A stretch of 63,676 nucleotides of DNA, counting the filler, from Octopus bimaculoides (lineage: Eukaryota), in the NCBI RefSeq assembly GCF_001194135.2. It is 4 parts of 4 records of this genome, joined end to end, with 100 filler letters (N's around TTAATTAATTAA, not from the genome) between each part and the next. Parts side by side here need not be neighbours in the genome. Positions count along the whole stretch, not along the records: positions 1 to 21,246 come from NC_069007.1; 3 more parts are not named here. One strand, given 5' to 3'. Position numbers and translations under genes: made by a program. Of the stretch, positions 1 through 10,496 are shown in pieces (the first letter of the stretch is position 1; every line of letters begins with the position of its first letter). A model generated the notes under the pieces. That model had not been told where the DNA came from. It was given only the letters and a program-made list of their open reading frames with translations, and searched no databases.

Positions 1-169
1 TCTTAACGAAAACATTTAAATCAAACAAAAATCAAACGAGAATTATTTCTGCCATTCCCCGCCCTCGTCCCCCAAGATAAATGTTTTTAAGTGTTCACTT
101 CTTGATGGACTTTCAATTCAAATGTACAAAATACAGATTCCTCACGTTCCACAGTTAAAATATTTCTCT

Positions 170-1231
170 TTAGAATGTATGTGTGTTCTCGTGCTTTTTT
201 AAGCGACAATTCGTAATAAATGATCTTCCACATATGGCACAATGGTACGGTCTTTCTCCAGAATGTATCCGTTTGTGAACTACAAGATGAGAATTGTTAC
301 TAAACGATTTACCACAAACATCACAGTGATAAGGTTTCTCTCCGGTGTGGCTACGTATATGAATTACAAGATGAGAGTTATTAATAAAAGATTTTCCACA
401 GATTTCACAGCGATAGGGTTGTTCCCCTGTGTGAATTCTCTTATGTATTGTTAAATTACTGTTCATCATAAAAGTTTGCCCACAAATATCACAATGATAG
501 GGTTTTTCTCCAGTGTGTATCCTTTTGTGGTAAACAAGGCTGGAATGATCAGAGAAGGATTTCTCGCATAATCCACAGTGGAACGGTTTTTCACCTGTGT
601 GACCACGTATGTGGATTGTAAGCTTCGACTTTTCAACGAAAGATTTCCCACATATCTCACAGTGAAATGGGTTTTCTCCGGTGTGACTACGAACATGGAT
701 AACGAGATTCGAATTTTGAGAGAAACTCTTCCCACATATTTCACAATGAAACGGTTTCTCTCCAGTGTGGATTCTTTTGTGTCTGTTTAAATTACTATTA
801 TTTTCAAAAGATTTCCCACAAATTTCGCAATGACAGGAGTTTTCTCCGTTGTGTAGTCTTTTATGTCGGTTCAAATTACTATTATTGACAAAATATTTTC
901 CACAAATTTCACAGTGAAACGGTTTCTCTCCGGTGTGACTTCGTACATGAATGACAAGATGAGAATTATTATTAAATGAATTTCCACATATTTCACAGTG
1001 ATACGATTTTTCTCTGTTGTGTATTTGTTTGTGAGCGAAGACTTCGTGTTCCGAAGAAAATCTTTTCGCACAAGTCTCACAACGATAATCAGTAATATTT
1101 CTATGCAATGATATTTGTTTAGTAAATGCTTCACTGGATAAACGTTGTTTCTCACCATCGTTTTCTTCTCTTACTGAATCTCTATTGTCAACAGCTGGGA
1201 TACAAGTGTCGAAATCATTAACTTCCTCCAT
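170..1231 (-). CDS. C2H2 zinc-finger protein, 353 aa, 11 tandem fingers, single coding exon, short acidic N-terminus without recognisable KRAB/SCAN/BTB
   Basis: Intact ORF with 11 CxxC-x12-HxxxH units joined mostly by TGEKP linkers; plausible acceptor (gatttgtcag) 27 nt upstream of the ATG. Confidence 0.95.
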   Translation of the reverse strand: MEEVNDFDTCIPAVDNRDSVREENDGEKQRLSSEAFTKQISLHRNITDYRCETCAKRFSSEHEVFAHKQIHNREKSYHCEICGNSFNNNSHLVIHVRSHTGEKPFHCEICGKYFVNNSNLNRHKRLHNGENSCHCEICGKSFENNSNLNRHKRIHTGEKPFHCEICGKSFSQNSNLVIHVRSHTGENPFHCEICGKSFVEKSKLTIHIRGHTGEKPFHCGLCEKSFSDHSSLVYHKRIHTGEKPYHCDICGQTFMMNSNLTIHKRIHTGEQPYRCEICGKSFINNSHLVIHIRSHTGEKPYHCDVCGKSFSNNSHLVVHKRIHSGERPYHCAICGRSFITNCRLKKHENTHTF

Positions 1232-1938
1232 ATCAACTCACAAAGAATTCTTCAAAAACTGACAAATCTCCGTAAATAAAATCTATTATGGTTTAGTCCA
1301 TTGCTTTAAATCTCATGCAGTTCTAAATAAATGATTTAATTAGTTTAACTCAGTTAATTAGAAACATAACAGGTGCCCGTGTAATCGACAAGTTTTTCCC
1401 CCTCGTCTGCATCATACCGGTGAAAGCCGTTAGAAGTTCCTCACATAATTTTAATACAGTCAATAAACACACTTGATTATATCAACTTTGCGTCAAACAA
1501 ACCACGATAGGAAAAGAAAAGAAAATCCCTTCCCCCAGAGATATACCTAGTATGTATCAACGAATGGGATGCATTCGATGTCGTTCGACTTGATAGAAGT
1601 AGTAGCCAAATTCCCTCCGATATCAACTCACAAAAAATTCTACAAAAACTGACAAATCTCCGTAAATAAAATCTTTTATGGTTTAGTCCATTGCTTTAAA
1701 TCTCATGCAGTTCTAAATAAATGATTTAATTAGTTTAACTCAGTTAATTAGAAACATAACAGGTGCCCGTGTAATCGACAAGTTTTTTCCCCTCGTCTGC
1801 ATCATACCGGTGAAAGCCGTTAGAAGTTCCTCACATAATTTTTATACAGTCAACAAACACACTTGATTATCAACTTTGCGTCAAACAAACCACGAGAGGA
1901 AAAGAAAATCCCTTCCCCCAGAGATATACCTAGTATGT
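1225..1938. repeat. Tandem duplication (period about 390 bp) of the ZNF start and upstream region
   Basis: 1225-1555 recurs at about 1614-1938 with scattered SNPs/indels; the copies are separated by about 60 bp of unrelated sequence. Confidence 0.9.
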
Positions 1939-2589
1939 NNNNNNNNNNNNNNNNNNNNNNNNNNNNNNNNNNNNNNNNNNNNNNNNNNNNNNNNNNNNNN
2001 NNNNNNNNNNNNNNNNNNNNNNNNNNNNNNNNNNNNNNNNNNNNNNNNNNNNNNNNNNNNNNNNNNNNNNNNNNNNNNNNNNNNNNNNNNNNNNNNNNNN
2101 NNNNNNNNNNNNNNNNNNNNNNNNNNNNNNNNNNNNNNNNNNNNNNNNNNNNNNNNNNNNNNNNNNNNNNNNNNNNNNNNNNNNNNNNNNNNNNNNNNNN
2201 NNNNNNNNNNNNNNNNNNNNNNNNNNNNNNNNNNNNNNNNNNNNNNNNNNNNNNNNNNNNNNNNNNNNNNNNNNNNNNNNNNNNNNNNNNNGCATCCCAC
2301 ACTAAACGGCGGTGCAACAGCATGGCCGCAGCTTTCAGCTGAAACTATGGAAATAAAAAAGTTGAAGGATGAATACGAAACAATCGGCCCTCGATTCAAA
2401 TTTGAAACTTTTCTGCTGATTAAAAAAAAAAAGTATACGAATTGATGTATTTGTCTGTATGTGTATATATATATAAAATATAATATAATGTAAGGATTGG
2501 TAGCTTTGACTTATGAAGTCCCTCTAAGCGTGAGGCATTATTGTATAGTAATGCCCTTATATAAATTAAATTATATATAAAATATATAT

Positions 2590-2885
2590 ATTTCGGTGCG
2601 AATGGTTTCTTTTACGGCGCCGTTTTTACAATCTTGTAAATTAAGTTTATATATTTCTCTTGTTTAGACTTATTTGGTCAAATAGGTAAGTTTCCGCATC
2701 GAAACAGTGGCTGAACACAGAACATCGGCGTCATTTCTTCATTGCGATCAGAGAATTCGTGATGTGGCTTAAAACGGCTCCAAAATCGGTTATAAACCGT
2801 AAACCTTACAACGCGATCATTACTTTCGTCATTTCGTAATCAAGAACGCACTGATTCCCTATTTACACCTGAGAACGGTAAGTTG
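2590..2885. promoter_or_regulatory. CpG-rich patch, candidate promoter or first exon upstream of the ZNF gene
   Basis: Locally high CG dinucleotide density in CpG-poor surroundings, about 1.4 kb 5' of the ZNF ATG; GTAAGT donor-like sites near 2685 and 2878. Confidence 0.35.
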
Positions 2886-3271
2886 ATAAAGAACAGTTCT
2901 AAGTTTTGCCTCTTAACTAAATTCTTAATCTTTTCCAGTCTTGATTGCTTCCTTTTTCCGTTTGGGACCGAATATTTTCATCGTCTGATGTGTGAAAATA
3001 GTTATATTTACCCCAATGGATACACTTGTAATTGTAACGAAATGAAGACACATAACAACATTGGTAAAAAGGGGCCTAATGCAGTTTCGCCCCTCTCCTT
3101 CAAAAATGCCCCTTTTTTTTCAAACTGGCACGAACTGATTAGATTTTGGGATCTGTTTTTTTATTACCCATGCGGGCCAACATAGAGGGGAGATTAGATT
3201 TTGGGATCGATCCGGTACCGGGCAACGATTCTGGATTATCTTTTTTTGTATATATATTTTCTTTACTATAC

Positions 3272-3435
3272 AGACGTAAGTGTGGCTGTGTGGTAAGTAG
3301 CTTCCTTACCAACCACATGGTTCCGGCTTCAGTCCCACTGCGTGGCACCTTGGGCAAGTGTCTTCTACTATAGCCTCGGGCCGACCAAAGCCTTATGAGT
3401 GGATTTGGTAGACGGAAACTGAAAGAAGCCCGTCG

Positions 3436-3486
<51 letters not shown>

Positions 3487-3600
3487 ATGTTTGTGTGTCT
3501 GCGTTTGTTCCCCCAACATCGCTTGACAATGCTGGTGTGTTTACGTCCCCGTAACTTAACGGTTCGGCAAAAGAGACCGATAGAATAAGTACTAGGCTTC
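3272..3600 (+). mobile_element. tRNA-derived octopus SINE, family A (GTGGCTGTGTGGTAAG head, internal TA/TG microsatellite)
   Basis: A/B-box-like head; homologous copies at 47308, 50951 and 62037 (minus). Confidence 0.85.
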
Positions 3601-3640
3601 TAAAGAACATTTATATGTTAAACTTTCACAGTTCTCTTGT

Positions 3641-4030
3641 ACACACACATACATACACACATACACATTTTCAGCGTTGAACATTACCCTCCCATTTCCA
3701 TTGAACGCGCACGCAAACATACCNNNNNNNNNNNNNNNNNNNNNNNNNNNNNNNNNNNNNNNNNNNNNNNNNNNNNNNNCACATACACATTTTCAGCGTT
3801 GAACATTACCCTCCCATTTCCATTGAACGCGCACGCAAACATACGACTCTTTTACATACACACATACATGCATACATACACATTTTCAGCGTTGAACATT
3901 ACCCTCCCATTTCCATTGAACGCGCACGCAAACATACCACTCTTTTACATACACACATACATACATACATACACATTTTCAGCGTTGTACATTACCCTCC
4001 ATTTCCAACGTACGCGCACATACTCACACT
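3641..4030. repeat. About 93-bp minisatellite, four units, one interrupted by an N gap
   Basis: cattttcagcgttgaacattaccctccc starts at 3666, 3788, 3881 and 3974. Confidence 0.9.
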
Positions 4031-4317
4031 TCAAACGCCTTTTATCGGCCTTTTAACTCCTTCCTCCGTTATTCATCTATCACCCCCTTCCTTTCTCATT
4101 CGTACCACGCTCTGTTTGCCATTTAACTCCTCTACCTTCACCTCTCACTCAGGATAGGAACGCCTTTTTTTTTCTGTTGAGGGCTTTTTTGCCCCTTTAT
4201 TAGACTATTTTCCTCAGTCATTGCACGGTGATCTCCATAAGCTTTAAGCTTATATAAAAATACAGTAGAGACGAAACCGAGAGAGAGAGAGAGAATAGGT
4301 GAAAGAGAATGTACAGC

Positions 4318-4768
4318 TGTTGTTGTTGGCACTCCGTCGCTTACGACGTTGAGGGTTCCAGTTGATCCGATCAACGGAACAGCCTGCTCGTGAAATTAAC
4401 GTGCAAGTGGCTGAGCACTCCACNNNNNNNNNNAGTTGATCCGATCAACGGAACAGCCTGCTCGTGAAATTAACGTGCAAGTGGCTGAGCACTCCACAGA
4501 CACGTGTACCCTTAACATAGTTCTCGGGGATATTCAGCATGGCACAGAGTGTGACAAGGCTGACCCTTTGAAATACAGGCACACCAGAAACAGGAAGAAA
4601 GAGTGAGAGAAAGTTGTGGGGAAAGAGTACAGCAGGGTTCACCACCATCTCCTGCTGGAGCCTCGTGGAGCTTTAGGTGTTTTCGCTCAATAAACACTCA
4701 CAACGCCCAGTCTGGGAATCGAAACCGCGAGTCCGCTGTCCTAACCACTGGGCCATTGCGCCTCCACT
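4318..4768 (-). mobile_element. Full-length tRNA-derived SINE, family B (GGAGGCGCAATGG head), 12-bp TSD
   Basis: TSD agaatgtacagc at 4306-4317 and 4769-4780; CAA tail; same family as 52601-52984. Confidence 0.92.
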
Positions 4769-4961
4769 AGAATGTACAGCACAATTCTAGAAACGAGGCT
4801 TTCATAGGCTACTACCAAAAGAATGTAGATATCTAAAAGAGAATTTCTCAGTGGAAAGGATTAGTTAGGGTGAAACTGCCCAAGGAGGGTTACAAAGGGG
4901 AAGGAAAATGTGTACTGTTGAATATCGATAGGTAGGATGCGTTCAGGAATCATAATCAAGG

Positions 4962-5097
4962 TTTATTTGATGGCCTACCACCCGCAACTTGATTTGACGG
5001 CCTACCACCCGCAACTTTATTTGATGGCCAACCACCCGCAACTTGATTTGATGGCCTATACCACCCGCAAATTTATTTGATGGCCTACCACCCGCAA
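4962..5097. repeat. 27-bp tandem repeat, five units
   Basis: tttatttgatggcctaccacccgcaac units are directly adjacent. Confidence 0.92.
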
Positions 5098-5328
5098 TTG
5101 AATACAGTGAGTTGTTAAAGGAGGAGTATATACAATATACGAAAATGATGTCAACTTCTTTTTTAAAAAAGGAAAAACTGTCCAAAATAATGTCTAAATG
5201 TAACCATTCGACTTGGTGGGTATTGCGCCTCATTTTATCATTTTCATGATTTCATTCGGTTTTTCTTTAATTTTTTCTTCCTTGCTCGATTTCTTTTGTA
5301 TTTTTATTTCCCTAATTATGTGTTTTGT

Positions 5329-5582
5329 GGTAATCTTCAAGTTTAGGAGGATAAAAAAAATAAATAAAAATATTCAAGGGAAGTAACTGAACGTCTTACC
5401 AGTATTATCCGTTTTCTTCTAGCTGTTTATAAATAAATCACACCCTAACCCTAACGTCAATCAAATCACGTGTGTGATTTATTTATAAACAGAGATGTAC
5501 GGAGAATACTGGTAAGACGTTCAGTTACTTCCCTTGAATATTTTTATTTATTTTTTTATCCCCCTAAACTTGAAGATTACCC
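5329..5582. mobile_element. Foldback/MITE with about 85-bp terminal inverted repeats plus an inner 21-bp inverted repeat
   Basis: ggtaatcttcaagtttaggaggata...ttaccagtatt matches the reverse complement of 5500-5582; inner ctgtttataaataaatcacac pairs with gtgtgatttatttataaacag. Confidence 0.88.
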
Positions 5583-5591
5583 ACTATTTTT

Positions 5592-5623
<32 letters not shown>

Positions 5624-5626
<3 letters not shown>

Positions 5627-5949
5627 AGGCGCAATGGCCTAGTGGTTAGGACAGCGGACTCGCGGTTTCGATTCCCAGACCGGGCGTTGTGAGTGTTTAT
5701 TGAGCGAAAACACCTAAAGTTCCACGAGGCTCCAGCAGGGGATGGTGACAAACCCTGCTGTAATCTTTCACCACAACTTTCCCTCACTCTTTCTTCCTGT
5801 CTCTGTTGTGCCTGTAATTCAAAGGGTGAGCCTTGTCACGCTGAATATACCCGAGAACTACGTTAGGGGTACACGCGTTTGTGGAGTGCTCAGCCACTTG
5901 CACGTTAATTTCACGAGCGTCGTAAGCGATGGAGTGCCAACAATAACAA
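5624..5949 (+). mobile_element. SINE family B copy with two internal deletions
   Basis: Same head and tail as 52601-52984; lacks tcataggatcgcgg and a 3' segment. Confidence 0.9.
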
Positions 5950-6481
5950 ATTGTGTGTGTGAATACAAATACATAAAGCTGAAATGCTTGCACACACACA
6001 TTATCTTTCATATACCCGTACATACATAAATATAGACATTGTGCAAGTGGGTATGTGCGTACGCATGCTAGCCTCTCCAAGAAAATGAAATGCAATCTAA
6101 AAAATTATGAAAATGGAACATATATACAAAATCAATGGTGTATGCAAAAAATTAGAAAGATTCATCCATTTAAAAATATGTTATACTAAAAAATAAAACT
6201 GAAACGGGAAACGAGCACCTGTAGGATATGAACAAACATATCAAACCATACAAGGGGTAGACAATATCGTTTGCAAATTCTTGATTGCTTTTTCATAAGA
6301 TTTTTTTTTACTGTGCACACTTGTCAGGGTTAGTGGCAAGAGAATTCATATTAAAGCCAACTTGTTTACATTGTTTCTTGCACACTGAAATTAATACTAC
6401 ATGAAAATGTTGCAAAACACAGCTGTAATCCTCTGGAAGTCACTTAGTTAAATGTATATTCACCTCTCATACCTCCTGACT

Positions 6482-6513
<32 letters not shown>

Positions 6514-6524
6514 ATGTGTGTGTG

Positions 6525-6580
<56 letters not shown>

Positions 6581-6582
6581 TG

Positions 6583-6790
6583 CATGGGCATGGTGGTGTG
6601 GTTAAGAGGTTTTTCTCCCAACCATATGCTTTTAGGTTCAATCTCCTGTGTAGAACTTTTGGTGTCTTCTACAATACCCCCAGGCCAACCAAAGCTTATA
6701 AGTAGTGTCTGGTGGACAGAAACTGAAAATAGGCCATGATACACATGCATTTTGATTGTGTGTGTCCTTGTTTTGACATCATGTGATAGT
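6583..6790 (+). mobile_element. Degraded SINE family A
   Basis: Diverged match to 3272-3600. Confidence 0.65.
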
Positions 6791-7389
6791 TGTAAGCGAC
6801 ACTATCGTACAGATGTTGCCGTTTATTTCCAATATTCCACAAACACATGTCTAGCCAAGGTGAAATAATAAATTAAAAGGTAAAGTTCCATTGTTTAGGT
6901 AAATGTTTAAATGTATAGTTTACCAATATAAAAATATTGCATGTCTACTATTGAATCTATTTTTGAAGTACCTATTTTTTATTTTATTTTTTTTTTCTAT
7001 TGTTTCAGACTTTCAAATGGCATTAATGTGAAGGAGGTTTTCCCCTTCAACTGAACCACCAATATGTATTTCCTAAAGACTGATGTGATGCTATACAGAA
7101 TAGAAATGACTTTGCTGATATAAACTTATGGTAGAATTACTGTGAAGTATTTACTCTAAACTGTGAAAGTATAGAAATATGCAAAGAAAGACAAACATAT
7201 TTTGTTGAGAAAAGAAAGTATGGAAAATGAATTATGTGAGAACAAGATTAAGCATAAATCACAATCTAAAAATATTGATTTTGCTGATGAGACACTTAAA
7301 CTGAGAGGCAAAAAGACCATACCAACATGATCTCAGTAACAAGCTATTCTCCCACATCAGTAATTTAACCACTCACTGACATATTCATA

Positions 7390-8583
7390 TGAGGGTCAGC
7401 TAGGTTGGCCAAGATACTCTCATGGATTGTGACCAAATGAGGTTTATTTTTCACACACTTCTTCCATCAGTGTTGCTGTGTTTGGATCCCATTGGTAGAG
7501 AAGTTGTTGGTCAAAAAAAGTCATTGACAGCAGATGTGACATCATCATTACTGCAATATTTGTTCCCAGCCAAGTGTTTTTGCCATATTGGGTAACAGAT
7601 GGAGTCAAATCAGGAGAATATGGAGGGGCATCATCCAGTTCAAAGCCATAGTCATTCACAGCAGCCACTGAAACCAAGGACTTGTGCACTAGAGTATTCT
7701 CCTGATGAAACAAGACACCTATCAGTTTTCCTTGGTGTTTGGTTCTGATAGCCTTCCATAACTGTCTCAGCAAGTTGGCATAGTTCTCTCCATTGATGGT
7801 GTGACCCTTTTGAGGACAGTCAATAAACACAATTCTTTTTGTATCCCAAAAAACTGTAGCTGTCAACTTCCCTGCAGATGAAATGATCAAGGCCTTCTTT
7901 GGAGTAGATGAGGAGGGATGTTCACACTGCATGGACTGTTTCTTTGTCTTTGGCTCTGAACCACTCATTCTGGGTTAAGAAATGTTCAAGAAAACCACCT
8001 GGATCTGATTTAAACAAATGTCAGATTTTCCCATGATGTGATCAGCCTGGTGAACTTTTGATCAGGTGCCAGATGTGGCACCCACTGTGCAAAAACTGTC
8101 ATTATGCCCAAGTTCATTTTTGCAGAATATTCTTAACTCTCTCATGGGATATGCTAATAGCACTGGCTATCTGATTTTTTAGTCGTTCACCTGTTATCCA
8201 TCACCATGTAGTGAATTAGTTCAGTACTCTCCTTGATAGTGGTAATTGCAGGACAGCCAGAACATGGGTCATCTTCAAGACTCTCCCTTTTCTTCCTAGA
8301 TTCAGCTGCCCACTTTTGCACTGTTGATAAAGCTGGAGTGTCATTTCCTAATATAGCAGCCATTTCTTAACCATGAATGCCCTTTNNNNNNNNNNNNNNN
8401 NNNNNNNNNNNNNGTACTTTGTTTCATAAAAATTGGCTACAGGAGCCTTGAAAAGAAGTAGCTGTGGGCTGGACAAAAACACAAATTATACAAATAAACA
8501 CAAAATGAGATATTGAATCTCTTACAATTATTCAACCATGGACACAATGTCCTCACAAAAATGAGGCGCTTTTGTCCAATCTA
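7390..8583 (-). mobile_element. Decayed mariner transposon (irritans-like)
   Basis: ORF 7444-7968 has SAGKLTATVFWD, GVLFHQEN and PPYSPDL motifs; frameshifts upstream; the ends are approximate. Confidence 0.85.
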
Positions 8584-8599
8584 GTTTCAACTCGAGGCA

Positions 8600-9540
8600 C
8601 CAAAGCTCCTACTCCTCCTCCCGACTAGGCTACTTGCCTCCTTGAAGCACCTTGATGGTGTTATGTTGCACTTTAGGGCAAATCTATTTGTGTCCTTGGG
8701 GAATGAGTCCAAAATTCTGCATAGATCATTTTCCTATATGACCTCCGCAGCTACCTGCGTAGGCCAATCAGGGGCCTCCATGCAGTCCAGAAGCCCTTTC
8801 CTTCAGCATTTTCTTTCCAACTTCTTAATGAAGTTCTTACAGCCCCTCTCTTGTGAAAGAAGACCACATATTCCAACTCCAACTCCATGGGAATGGTCAT
8901 AGTTTCCTCCGTCGGTGGCACAATTCCCACCAATGGGATTTCAGGACATGCCAGCAGTGTACCACTAACCGCCGGCAAAGATCCATTTTTTCTTTTTCTT
9001 CCCTTGTGCTATGAGAGGGTAGAGTTCTATTGTTTTATCCGGAAGATCTTCCCTCCCTCCCACGGCCTTCGGTGGGCCTCCATTGTTGCCAACCTTCTTC
9101 CTCTTACAGCCCTTTTTTTTTTGAGGAGGTTTCCACCGCGACTGTTTCTATCCCCCATTCCGACTGGAGAGAGGTAGATTCCTTTGTCACCAACTGTTCC
9201 AGGACCTTGCTCTGATCCTGGAGATAGTTTTTTTTAAATATGGCCTGGTTCCAGGTACAGGTGACACTTCGGGCCCTCAAGTATCACCAGATACCTGTTT
9301 CTGGCCATCCTTAAAAAAATCTGGAAACACCAGATCTTTTGCGGCTGATTGCGTCCACAAGGTCAAAACAGCTTTTGACTCAACCTAATCAGCCGTCGGC
9401 AATAACTTCACATTTAATAGTTTGGGTCCTCTGCCACCCAGACCCTGGAGGAAAGTGTCCCCTATCCACTTGGGCTCCATCCAGGGTGGCAGCCCGCAGA
9501 CCCAAGCTCTTGTCAGTTGGTACTTCATAATACCACACTG
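8600..9540 (-). mobile_element. Decayed LINE ORF1 (Tx1/L1-like, RRM plus zinc knuckle)
   Basis: Minus-strand translation TRAWVCGLPPWMEPKWI...YLVILEGPKCHLYLEPGHI resembles a degenerate CCHC knuckle; stops and frameshifts present. Confidence 0.5.
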
Positions 9541-9730
9541 TCAAATTTTGTCCATTTTTAAGAGAAGCCGCGACTAGTTACTTTTGAAGTCTTCTTAGAA
9601 CTGTGAATTGTCAGTTTATCTGGAAGGAAGCAATGCCATTATTGATAAGGGGAGTTGAAATTAATGCACAAAAGATTTCACAGCTCTAGCAGGATTCCTT
9701 CATAGTCAGCATATGAACTTTTCAGCCCAC

Positions 9731-10496
9731 CTTTGTACAGGCGAGAAACCATATCATGTGATATCTGTTGTGAATCATTCTCTTTCAAAGAGGTAAGCTC
9801 TTTAGACACTGATGCATTCATACAGGTGAGAGACCATATTATGGTGATCATCATCATCATCATCATCATCGTTTAACGTCCGCTTTCCATGCTAGCATGG
9901 GTTGGACGATTTGACTGAGGACTGGTGAAACCGGATGGCAACACCAGGCTCCAGTCTAATTTGGCAGAGTTTCTACAGCTGGATGCCCTTCCTAACGCCA
10001 ACCACTCAGAGAGTGTAGTGGGTGCTTTTACGTGTCACCCGCACGAAAATGGCCACGCTCGAAATGGTGTCTTTTATGTGCCACCTGCACAAGCCAGTCC
10101 AGGGGCACTGGCAACGATCTCGCTCGAAAATCCTACGGGAGCCAGTCAGACGGTACTGGCAATGGCCACGCTCAAAATGGTGCATCTCATGTGCCACCCG
10201 CACAAGAACCAGTCCAGGGGCACTGGCAACGATCTTACTTGGCTTGCCGGGTCTTCTCACGCACAGCACATAAAATTATCACTGAACTAAACACAAGCAC
10301 TTTCATACTGGATAGAAGCCTTATTGGTGTCATGTGCATGATGGATCCTTCTCTTGAAATGGTACATTATCTTTTCGTGTACACATTCATACGGGAGAAA
10401 AGCCTTACTGCTGTCATTTACGTAGTAAATCCTAATCTTGAAACTGAGACTTAACTACTCACATATGTATTCACACTGGAGAAAAACCATACCACT
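9731..10496 (+). pseudogene. C2H2 zinc-finger pseudogene interrupted by a Nin-type SINE
   Basis: TGEKPYH and HTGERPY before 9848; HTG*KPYWC...HTGEKPYCC...HTGEKPYH at 10295-10496 with several in-frame stops. Confidence 0.85.
9848..10270 (-). mobile_element. SINE family C (Nin/Deu-domain-like core GTTAGGAAGGGCATCCAGC, GAT-repeat tail) with internal tandem modules
   Basis: Core and tail are shared with 13558, 38739 and 57525. Confidence 0.88.

Noticed and set aside
242-1158. Short alternative-frame and antisense ORFs over the ZNF
   Set aside because: By-products of the 84-bp finger periodicity.
1232-1258. Splicing of APLF exon 1 to the ZNF exon to give an FHA-ZNF fusion
   Set aside because: An in-frame TGA lies between the acceptor and the ZNF ATG, and two scaffold joins intervene.
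4361-4497. Short duplications flanking 10-N gaps (also 20131-20244 and 32211-32316)
   Set aside because: Identical sequence on both sides of a small gap indicates an unmerged contig overlap.
9913-9935. CTGAGGA-ctggt-GAAA hammerhead-like core in family C SINEs
   Set aside because: No stem II can form, there is no stem III or cleavage site, and it is antisense to the SINE.
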